Source: Promethearchaeota archaeon
GTDB taxonomy: Archaea > Asgardarchaeota > Lokiarchaeia > Sigyniarchaeales > SOKP01
Assembly: GCA_048939015.1 (NCBI GenBank)
Contig: JBHLPW010000064.1
Coordinates: 1-25,927 of the forward strand
Reading direction: 5' to 3'
DNA: 25,927 nt
Below the pieces are notes generated by a model, which had not been told where the DNA came from, did no database searches, and worked only from the letters and a program-made list of their open reading frames with translations. Made by a program: the position numbers and the translations under genes. Of the stretch, positions 18,389 to 25,927 are shown piece by piece (position 1 is the stretch's first letter; each line of letters begins with the position of its first letter).

Positions 18389-18405
18389 AAGTTGGAGTCC
18401 AATTT
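18389..18405. promoter_or_regulatory. Palindromic operator candidate, copy 2
   Basis: AAGTTGGAGTCCAATTT matches copy 1 at 16 of 17 positions. It lies just upstream of the minus-strand TTATATTTAAA of acyltransferase paralog 2. Confidence 0.65.
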
Positions 18406-18618
18406 TTAAAGTTGAGTTAACGACAGTATAAAATTGAATTAATTTTTCTATATTAAAATTTGAACCTGAAATCAATTCTTAAAATATTTGGTTTGGTATC
18501 ACCCACATATTATCTACATTCATTGAAAGACAAAAAAATTCCTAAATTCTTATATAACTTTTAATCATATTATTTAGTTAAACAGAATTGAAGAAATAAG
18601 ACAGGGTCAATAAATAAA

Positions 18619-20601
18619 TTGGATTCCGACAAAAACCAAAATATTTTAGAAAAACAATTAAAAACACTGGGTCAAAAGGTTAGGATTGACATTTTAAAAA
18701 AATTAAAACATTCTCCTATCCCATTATCATTTTCTAAGCTGCAAAAAGAGATTTTAGGAAACGATATTACGTCTGTAAATCTCTCTTTTCATTTAAATAC
18801 CTTAAAAAAAAGTCAATTAATTCAATCTTCTGATGATGGATATTCAATTACTAATTTAGGAGAGCAAATTATAGAACGGATTTTATCCATTGAACAAATC
18901 TTAAACAAACAAAATCGTACATTAATGATAAGAACTTCAAAATACTCTAAGGAAACATTTGAGATAAATAAAATTGAGGAATATTTAGTGAATGAGGGGG
19001 AACTGGAACCACATTTAGCACGTCAAATCGCTCATGAAGTAGAGGAACGATTATCGAAAACAAATATAGAATATATGACTGCGCCATTAATGCGGGAGTA
19101 TATAAATGCAATATTATTAGAAAATGGTTTAGAAGAAGTTCGACATAAATTAACTCGGTTAGGAACGCCTCCATTTGAAGTATTTAAATTATTTAATTCA
19201 AAAGATATCGAAATAACACCAAAAAATTTTATAAAAAGATTAGGTTCTGATGTTTCAGAACAATTCTTACTGTTAAATCTCCTCCCCAAAAATCTAGCAG
19301 ATTTATACCTTTCAGGAGAAATTACCTTGCTACATTTAAACTATTGGGGATTAAGACCATTAAGTCTGTATATAAATTCCGAGAATCTAATTAAATATCT
19401 TTGCAAAAAGAATTCGAATTTTCCACAGAAAATTGAAAATACAAAAGACTACATATATTTAATTTTAAATTTTTTAGAATTTTTACAACAGTTAAAACAA
19501 TACTATTCAGGAGATTTACTTTTAGGTGATTTCAATACTTATTTTGGATCATATTTGGATTTACCAGAGATATTATCATCTAATTTTAGCTTTCTAACCT
19601 CACAAATTATCCAATTCAATAAAAGTGTTAATGATGGCAAATCTCATTTATCAATTGATTTTAATTATTGTGGAAATTCAAATCAGACATCTTCAAACCA
19701 AATCAAATTTGATAATAATATTCTAAATTCTTTATTTATAGAGGATAAAAATCACATTAAACCACTATTGAATTTTAAGTTGTCTAAAAAAATTCCCTCC
19801 GATTTAGAGAATGATACAGTAAAAAATCTACTAAAAGTCTATGAAAGAGATAAACTAATATTTTATCATAAAGATTGTACTAATCTATTAAATTCAAGTT
19901 TAGTACAAATATCGAAGCCTGAAGAAGATTTGGTAATTTTAGATAAGATTTTAATTAATCTACACATGATATCCGTAGAGGCAAAGCAAAATGACGATTT
20001 ATTTATAGACTTATTACAGCATAAATTGAATTCTGTATTTGAATTGTTTAAAATTAAAGAGAGTTTAGTGCAAAAAAAATTAAACTCTATTAGACAATGG
20101 AATTCGATTGTTAAAGAAATTTATAACAACAAATTTAACAACGTCTTTAGAAATTCTATAAAATCTATAAGCTTTTTTGGTTTAAATGAAGCAATTTTAA
20201 ATCATTGTGGTATAGAACTTGATAGAACTAAAAAAAGTGAAGAATTTGCTTTAAAAATCCTATTATTGATGAGGAAACTTATTGAAGAAAGAAATCAACT
20301 TACAAACAATAATTTTGTCTTGAGCCAACCTCATAGGGATTCTTATATAAAAGACACTTGGTTTGATAATAAGACACAAAATAAACCAAAAATAAACGAA
20401 TACTCCACAAGGATAATTAGAAGTAATTCAAATCTTCCCCTTCGTAAAAAGATTTCATTGTTCAAAAAGTTTGAAAAGATTATTAATGGTGGAACTTTAT
20501 TTATTGAAAAAAAACCAGATGATCTGTCATTTCAAGAATACGTCAAGATTCTATTTCAATCTGATATAGATAAATTTTCTTTTGGCGATTCTTTACTCTA
20601 A
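18619..20601 (+). CDS. ArsR-like wHTH + ATP-cone + degenerate class III ribonucleotide reductase (NrdD-like pseudoenzyme)
   Basis: wHTH: RIDILKKL...LSFSKL...NLSFHLNTL...YSITNLG. ATP cone: IRTSK...FEINKI...TAPLMREYINAILLENG. NrdD-like barrel motifs: YLSGEI...RP, INL, SFFGLNE, INGG. The C-terminal CxxC and RxxGY glycyl loop are absent. Confidence 0.82.
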   Translation: MDSDKNQNILEKQLKTLGQKVRIDILKKLKHSPIPLSFSKLQKEILGNDITSVNLSFHLNTLKKSQLIQSSDDGYSITNLGEQIIERILSIEQILNKQNRTLMIRTSKYSKETFEINKIEEYLVNEGELEPHLARQIAHEVEERLSKTNIEYMTAPLMREYINAILLENGLEEVRHKLTRLGTPPFEVFKLFNSKDIEITPKNFIKRLGSDVSEQFLLLNLLPKNLADLYLSGEITLLHLNYWGLRPLSLYINSENLIKYLCKKNSNFPQKIENTKDYIYLILNFLEFLQQLKQYYSGDLLLGDFNTYFGSYLDLPEILSSNFSFLTSQIIQFNKSVNDGKSHLSIDFNYCGNSNQTSSNQIKFDNNILNSLFIEDKNHIKPLLNFKLSKKIPSDLENDTVKNLLKVYERDKLIFYHKDCTNLLNSSLVQISKPEEDLVILDKILINLHMISVEAKQNDDLFIDLLQHKLNSVFELFKIKESLVQKKLNSIRQWNSIVKEIYNNKFNNVFRNSIKSISFFGLNEAILNHCGIELDRTKKSEEFALKILLLMRKLIEERNQLTNNNFVLSQPHRDSYIKDTWFDNKTQNKPKINEYSTRIIRSNSNLPLRKKISLFKKFEKIINGGTLFIEKKPDDLSFQEYVKILFQSDIDKFSFGDSLL

Positions 20602-20618
20602 GAAATAGAATTCATAAT

Positions 20619-21548
20619 TTAATTAATCATTAGTTCCGCAAGAAGCGCTTTTCTCATCGGAATTCCATAAAATGTTTGTTTAAAGTAAATTGCTTTTTCT
20701 GAATCATCAACATCAGGAGAGATTTCTGTAATTCTTGGAAGGGGATGCAATAATCTGAAATTATCTTTTGTATTATTAAGATCTTCTTGTTGGAATATGT
20801 AAAACCCTTTAACTTTTTCATATTCTTCCCTATCTACAAAACGTTCCTTTTGAATTCTTGTCATATAAAGGACGTCTAAAATATTCAATATTTTTCTGTA
20901 GTCTGTAATTTCTTTATATTTCACATGCCGTTGTTGTAAGAAATCTTTATCCCTATTTCTCATCGTTAATTCTACTGGGCTAATAAAGTATATATTTACA
21001 TCAAAATTAGAGAGTAATATTGAGAGTGAATGGACTGTTCTTCCATATTTGAGGTCACCCATTAACCCAATATTCAATCCATCTAAATCTCCTACTTCTT
21101 CGGTGATCGTTAATAAGTCTAATAATGCTTGAGTTGGATGCTCTCCACTTCCAGAACCTGCATTTATTATAGGCACTTTAGCAAATTTTGCTGCCATTTT
21201 AGCAGCGCCTTCAAGAGAATGTCTCATTACAATACAATCACTATAATTCTCGACAGTTCGTATTGTATCTGCAATACTTTCCCCTTTTTTAATAGAAGAA
21301 ACATCTCCTGAATGGAAACCAATAACACTGCCCCCTAATCTATACATTGCAGATTCAAAACTAAGACGAGTGCGAGTAGATGGCTCAAAGAATAATGTGG
21401 CTAAGATTTTGCCTTGAAGAAGATTAGAATTCTTGATTTTTATCATTTCCTTTCCCTTCTTCAAAATATATTCAATATCATCTTTATCAAATTGCTTAGC
21501 ACTTATTATTCCTTCACTAAATTTCTCTCTAAACATTTGTGTTCTCAT
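20619..21548 (-). CDS. pyrB: Aspartate carbamoyltransferase catalytic subunit
   Basis: FFEPSTRTRLSFE, KKGES, HPTQALLD, GDLKYGRTVHSL, TRIQKER, HPLPR. Confidence 0.98.
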   Translation of the reverse strand: MRTQMFREKFSEGIISAKQFDKDDIEYILKKGKEMIKIKNSNLLQGKILATLFFEPSTRTRLSFESAMYRLGGSVIGFHSGDVSSIKKGESIADTIRTVENYSDCIVMRHSLEGAAKMAAKFAKVPIINAGSGSGEHPTQALLDLLTITEEVGDLDGLNIGLMGDLKYGRTVHSLSILLSNFDVNIYFISPVELTMRNRDKDFLQQRHVKYKEITDYRKILNILDVLYMTRIQKERFVDREEYEKVKGFYIFQQEDLNNTKDNFRLLHPLPRITEISPDVDDSEKAIYFKQTFYGIPMRKALLAELMIN

Positions 21549-21695
21549 ATTATGTTTTTATTAACATTATGCAAATAAGATTTAAATTGTTTTTTATTAT
21601 ACAATGGATTTTTAAAAAGAAATAACCAGAACTAATAAAATTTAAAATTTATAAATAATTAATTTAGGTAATTAGATAAAAGTGGTTAGTTAATT

Positions 21696-21974
21696 TTGAA
21701 ATACCCGAGAACAACTAATAAATACTGCCCTACCTGTAGATCACATACAATACATAATGTGTCCCTCTATAAGAAAGGCAAGGAAAGGATGCTAAATCAT
21801 GGAAGGAGGAGATTAGAAAGAAAGAAAAGAGGTTACGGTAGCTTCCCTAAAGAAATCTTCCATAAAAATGCAAAATTAAATAAAAGATCAACTCCATTAT
21901 TAGAATGTTCTGAATGTGGTAAAAAACAATATGCAAAATCATATCGTGTAAAACGACTTGAATTACTTGACTAA
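21696..21974 (+). CDS. rpl44e: 50S ribosomal protein L44e (eL42)
   Basis: MKYPR...YCPTCRSHTIH...YKKGK...CSECGK zinc ribbon. Precedes rps27e. Confidence 0.95.
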   Translation: MKYPRTTNKYCPTCRSHTIHNVSLYKKGKERMLNHGRRRLERKKRGYGSFPKEIFHKNAKLNKRSTPLLECSECGKKQYAKSYRVKRLELLD

Positions 21975-22007
21975 TCAATTAGATCTCTACAAAAAAAGTG
22001 AGTACTG

Positions 22008-22211
22008 ATGGTTAATAAAAAAATCAAAGAACTTATTCCACAACCGAAAAGTAGATTCTTACGTGTAAAATGTTTAAATTGTGGAAATCAGCAAATTGTT
22101 TTTGGGTGTTCTGCAACAGATGTAGAATGCCTAGTTTGTGGGAAGATCCTACTTCAATCTACAGGTGGTAAAGCCAGAATACTTACTAAAATTTTAGAAG
22201 TTCTTTCTTAA
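22008..22211 (+). CDS. rps27e: 30S ribosomal protein S27e (eS27)
   Basis: [20 protein letters not shown]...CLVCG...TGGKA. Confidence 0.97.
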   Translation: MVNKKIKELIPQPKSRFLRVKCLNCGNQQIVFGCSATDVECLVCGKILLQSTGGKARILTKILEVLS

Positions 22212-22329
22212 ACTCTCTCCCTAGTAAGATATAATAAAGTGTTGGAGAACTTCAAATTAGCAATTTTTTAGAAATCTATAACTTTATTTACTTTAATATC
22301 ACATTTCTATACAAATTTTGGTGATAATT

Positions 22330-23892
22330 ATGAATCAAGAAAATAGTTCAAAGAAATATAAATTAATTGTAATTGGAGCCGGAATGACTGGTTTAAGCAC
22401 AGCTATAACTTGGGCTTTAAATAATAATTTAGAGAAAGATCCTGTGCTTCTTATTGAGAAACAACCGAAAACAGGTGGTTTTGTCACATCTTATGAAAGA
22501 GAAGGATTTGTATTTGACACTTGTCAAATGATTCCAAATATCTCTGAAATACTTGAGTATTTAGGGATTGAAATTGAACTTAAGAAGTTTAAAGGATATT
22601 ATATGAGAATTTTTATTGTTAATCCTGAAATTGATGAAGTTAAAGTTCTTGAATTACCATCTGGATTAGAAACTTTTAAAAAAAAATTAATGGACCAATA
22701 CCCTAATAATGCATCACAAATAGAAGAATTCTTAGATTATTCTCGAGATATGTATTTAGAATTATTTAACCTTAAAGTAGAACCTAAATTTATTGACATT
22801 CTGAAATTACTTTTTACATGCCCTAAAATAATAAAAAATGCATCAAAAACTTTTAGAAAATATTTTGATCAATTTGGAATCAGAGAACCAGATGTTATTG
22901 AAATATTTAATATATTTGCTGATTTTAGTGCTCTTCCTTCAGAACAAGTAACTGCACTTGTACCAATTTCTGCCATGAATTCTCTACTCGATGGTGCATA
23001 TCGGACAAAAGCTGGCTTTATTGATTTTTCAAATAAATTACAAGAACGTTATTTGACATTAGGAGGGGAATTATTACTAAATACAGAGGTAACTAAAATC
23101 CTGGTCGAAAATGATCAAGTAAAAGGTGTTCGACTTAAAAATGGTGAAGAGATCTACTCTGATTATGTCGTGACGACTGTAGATACAATGTTAGCTATGA
23201 AACAATTAGTAGGTTTAGAAAAAATAAGAAGTATCGATAAGAAATACGCTGATAAAATTGCAAATACAAAAATGTCTACTTCTTCAATCAACATTAGTTT
23301 AGGTTTAGATGATAAATTAGATCTTGCGGGATTAGGTATGGACTGTGGTTATAATGTAATTACAACTGGGGGGGATACATATGATCGACTTTTTGATGCT
23401 TATGAAGCAGGAGAGATTGGTTTTACTGATAAAAGATTTCAAGTTGGTGTAATTTGTCCTTCTCTCACAACTGGGGGACAACCCAATATAACAATTAGAG
23501 TTTCTCCTATGGGATTGGGAGATTGGGCAAAATTAAGAAAAGAAGATCGATCTCAATATAATGAAAAAAAAGAAAAATGGGGAAATTTCTTTATTGATAT
23601 TGTTGAGAAATATCTTATTCCCGATTTAAGAAAACATATTTTAATTACAGATATTTCGACCCCTGCAACTTATGCACGATATTCTAGCTCTCCAACGGGT
23701 TCAATTTTTGATATGGCACCATATACAAACAATTTTGGAAGAACACGACTAAAAATGAGAACGCCAATTAAAGGTTTATTTCAACCTAAATTCGTGCATG
23801 GAGTATTCGGATCCTTGCTTGCTGGTATGCAAGTAAATGATATGATACTTAATGGTAAAGTAATGAATGGAAATGCTAGATTGAAAAAATAG
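22330..23892 (+). CDS. Phytoene desaturase (CrtI)/retinol saturase-like FAD oxidoreductase
   Basis: Rossmann IGAGMTGL...EK...GG...REGFVFD, STPATYARY...GSIF, TPIKGLF. Start moved to ATG 22330 because GGTGAT (22320-22325) is the SD. Substrate unknown. Confidence 0.88.
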   Translation: MNQENSSKKYKLIVIGAGMTGLSTAITWALNNNLEKDPVLLIEKQPKTGGFVTSYEREGFVFDTCQMIPNISEILEYLGIEIELKKFKGYYMRIFIVNPEIDEVKVLELPSGLETFKKKLMDQYPNNASQIEEFLDYSRDMYLELFNLKVEPKFIDILKLLFTCPKIIKNASKTFRKYFDQFGIREPDVIEIFNIFADFSALPSEQVTALVPISAMNSLLDGAYRTKAGFIDFSNKLQERYLTLGGELLLNTEVTKILVENDQVKGVRLKNGEEIYSDYVVTTVDTMLAMKQLVGLEKIRSIDKKYADKIANTKMSTSSINISLGLDDKLDLAGLGMDCGYNVITTGGDTYDRLFDAYEAGEIGFTDKRFQVGVICPSLTTGGQPNITIRVSPMGLGDWAKLRKEDRSQYNEKKEKWGNFFIDIVEKYLIPDLRKHILITDISTPATYARYSSSPTGSIFDMAPYTNNFGRTRLKMRTPIKGLFQPKFVHGVFGSLLAGMQVNDMILNGKVMNGNARLKK

Positions 23893-23906
23893 TGTTTTAT
23901 TTTTTT

Positions 23907-24434
23907 TTATTTTTGTTTTTCTTTTATTTCTTTATTCTCAAGGGCTTTATTAATTCTCTCAAGTTCATCCTCCAATTCTTTTTTCCGCTTTTCTTTTTCT
24001 GCAATGTCAGTTAATTTAACTTCTTCAAGGATCGGATTTTTAAAGGAGGTTTTTAATTCTCCCAAAACTTTACGTCTTATTTTTGGATCTCCTCCAGCAC
24101 GAATTTTAGGTTTTTCTTCCGTCTGTATGCGATAAAATGTACGTATGATATCCACTATACCATCAGAGTAATCTCTCCAAATTCCAGACATTATATCTTC
24201 ATTAAGATTCTCTAACCAGTAATTAGGAATTGTAATTACTATTTTAGATGTATTTGATATCTGATTTCTAGTAGTAATAATAGTAGTGGGTCTTCCATCC
24301 TTGTCCCATTGTTTTGCTGCTGATATTGTTCCATATGAACATCTCTCAGAAATTATAATAGATTTTTGGGATTCTCCTTTGTTTAGGCGTTCTAGAATCC
24401 GTTCATACTTTTCTATATTAATTTTTCGAGTCAT
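23907..24434 (-). CDS. Putative DNA-binding protein (N-terminal HTH, central RHH/CopG-like, C-terminal coiled coil)
   Basis: ILERLNKGESQKSI...CSYGTIS is HTH-like. KIVITIPNYWLENLNEDIMSGIWRDYSDGIVDIIR is RHH-like. Probable start ATG 24434 after an AGTGAT SD. Confidence 0.65.
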   Translation of the reverse strand: MTRKINIEKYERILERLNKGESQKSIIISERCSYGTISAAKQWDKDGRPTTIITTRNQISNTSKIVITIPNYWLENLNEDIMSGIWRDYSDGIVDIIRTFYRIQTEEKPKIRAGGDPKIRRKVLGELKTSFKNPILEEVKLTDIAEKEKRKKELEDELERINKALENKEIKEKQK

Positions 24435-24651
24435 TTTTTCTATCACTTACTACTAGAATAAGTAATATAATATTTAAGTTTATCGTAGTAATAAGTTTAA
24501 AACAGTAGCATTATAGTAGTAAAAACAAAAAACTATAAAAAATTTAATACTAATTAAAATGATTGTAAAATTTATAAGAATTTGTTAATTTGACGGTTTT
24601 TGCAGTTTTATCTAATATACAATTCAGGTAATTACAGTTCAAAAACCAGAT

Positions 24652-25452
24652 TTATTTTCGATTGACATAATTAAGGAATGCTTTTACAACCATATGAAAC
24701 TTAGAATCTCGCAGTACTGACAGGTGATCTTTCCCTTGGATTTGAAAGTGACACGAATCTGGAATTAATTGAACTGCTAAGGTTTTGTCTCCAGGAGTTA
24801 TATCATCAGATCCAAAAACGGTTAATACAGGTATTTTAATTTTTTTTAGTAACTTCTTCATTTGCATTGTGGATGGTAAATTTACAATTCGTTCTTTTAC
24901 GTTTCCAGCGATTACTCCAGCTAATGCAAATAAATCATTCCCTGCTTTTAATGTAACTTGACGGTACAAATGATATGAGGGATCCTTAACTTCCAAGTCA
25001 CTTTTTGCTTTGAAAGATTTTATAATCTGTTTGTTTATTTCTATATATTTTATTTTTTCTTCATCGTTGTTAATCAATGGTACAATAAATCCTCCAAGTA
25101 TCGCAGAGATAAACATATCTGGTTTAGTAAATAATAGTTCAAATATTATGTGTGCCCCATTAGAATAACCAAAAAAATTAGCTTTTTCAATCGAAAGCTC
25201 TTCCATTAACTTGATAACATCATCATTCATTTTTCGTCCATAATAAGAATCACCATGAGGTTTATCACTTTTGCCATGACCTCGACAATCTAAAAGAATT
25301 AAACAATAATCTTCTTTTAGAGTCTCTATCCATTTTGGAGCCTTCCAATTATATTCTATATTTAAAGCAAATCCATGTATCATAACCACAGGAGGACCTT
25401 CGCCTTCTATTTCATAATAAAGTTTAATTCCATCGTTAGTAAAAAAAGGCAT
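24652..25452 (-). CDS. Alpha/beta fold hydrolase
   Basis: HGF oxyanion loop, DCRGHGKS, nucleophile GYSNG, acid GSDD, His in GKDHL. Confidence 0.93.
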   Translation of the reverse strand: MPFFTNDGIKLYYEIEGEGPPVVMIHGFALNIEYNWKAPKWIETLKEDYCLILLDCRGHGKSDKPHGDSYYGRKMNDDVIKLMEELSIEKANFFGYSNGAHIIFELLFTKPDMFISAILGGFIVPLINNDEEKIKYIEINKQIIKSFKAKSDLEVKDPSYHLYRQVTLKAGNDLFALAGVIAGNVKERIVNLPSTMQMKKLLKKIKIPVLTVFGSDDITPGDKTLAVQLIPDSCHFQIQGKDHLSVLRDSKFHMVVKAFLNYVNRK

Positions 25453-25534
25453 TATACCTAATTAGTAAGTGTAGGGGTTTAAAAATCTTCATTTTCCTGT
25501 ATTCAAGCTTTTTAATACCTAATTTTTATTTTTA

Positions 25535-25558
25535 TTCGTGAAACCGTTCTTTCACGAA
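25535..25558. promoter_or_regulatory. Perfect 9-6-9 inverted repeat upstream of the hydrolase gene
   Basis: TTCGTGAAA-CCGTTC-TTTCACGAA. Confidence 0.5.
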
Positions 25559-25584
25559 ATTATCTTAATATGTGAGTAATACTT

Positions 25585-25926
25585 TCATTTAGATTTATTT
25601 AGAATTCTTTCAGTCGCACCTACAGCCATTCTTCCGATTTGAATTTTTAGAGACAATTTTGGTCCCCATTTCTTATAGCAAAACCTTAAAAAAAGCACAT
25701 AGATAATGACTGTGATAAGAATGAAAAACCAAATATTATACAAATATAAAGAAAAATGAAAAAAGAAATAGTTAATATTTTGTAACAAAAATGCAGTAAG
25801 TGAATAGTAGGAAAAATAAAACAAAAATCTATAACTTTTTTTTGGTTTAAACAATTCATATACATCAATTGTTATAAATACTGAAATTAAGATTACTTCC
25901 ATACCCATAGAATACATTAACCACCA
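25585..25926 (-). CDS. Membrane protein, probably the 3' part of a DUF418/acyltransferase-like gene
   Basis: The frame stays open to the window edge (...WWLMYS). YYSLTAFLLQ and KKWGP resemble the DUF418 SLTxYLLQ...GP C-terminus. Confidence 0.55.
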   Translation of the reverse strand, partial: WWLMYSMGMEVILISVFITIDVYELFKPKKSYRFLFYFSYYSLTAFLLQNINYFFFHFSLYLYNIWFFILITVIIYVLFLRFCYKKWGPKLSLKIQIGRMAVGATERILNKSK

Positions 25927-25927
25927 A

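Noticed and set aside
18619-20601. Calling the gene nrdD (active anaerobic RNR) or a pseudogene
   Set aside because: Radical-chemistry motifs are missing, so it is not an active NrdD. The ORF is intact with well-preserved wHTH and ATP cone, so it is not an obvious pseudogene.
24010-24085. WH2-like actin-binding motif (RRKVLGELK...ILEEV) in the HTH-RHH protein
   Set aside because: It has LEEV rather than LKKV-type residues; the resemblance is too weak.
11178-25868. Short ORFs 11178..11381, 11893..12204, 15918..16154, 16331..16567, 18947..19174, 19032..19289, 21129..21311, 25686..25868
   Set aside because: They overlap better-supported CDSs on the opposite strand or in another frame, and look like shadow ORFs.
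1-25927. CRISPR arrays, tRNA/rRNA genes, IS elements or integrases
   Set aside because: No regularly spaced repeats, GC-rich cloverleaf or rRNA-like tracts, or transposase/integrase motifs were seen by eye.

Overview
Strongly AT-rich archaeal chromosomal DNA, most consistent with an Asgard archaeon of the Lokiarchaeia type. This is an inference from the split archaeal RNA polymerase A'/A'', a Rab-like small GTPase, an FAWSP-type histone N-terminus and a eukaryote-like eL30. Housekeeping core: rpoA1-rpoA2-rpl30e-nusA-[M28 peptidase]-rps12-rps7, pyrB and rpl44e-rps27e, with several canonical archaeal operon links broken. Accessory genes: metallophosphoesterase, DMT transporter, NDP-forming acyl-CoA synthetase alpha subunit, two zinc-ribbon membrane proteins, two paralogous family-3 O-acyltransferases, a CrtI-like FAD oxidoreductase, an HTH/RHH protein and an alpha/beta hydrolase. 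No rRNA, tRNA, CRISPR array or transposase was seen. Best candidates for new biology: (1) a 660-aa wHTH + ATP-cone + catalytically dead class III ribonucleotide reductase fusion, a possible nucleotide-sensing transcription factor; (2) a shared palindromic operator (TTGGAGTCCAA) beside the TATA boxes of two genes divergent from it; (3) repeated signs of ATA/ATT initiation, including rps12 and an unannotated 51-aa ORF; (4) a tethered mini-domain on the RpoA' C-terminus and a structured rpoA1 5' leader. All calls come from reading motifs by eye; no searches were run.
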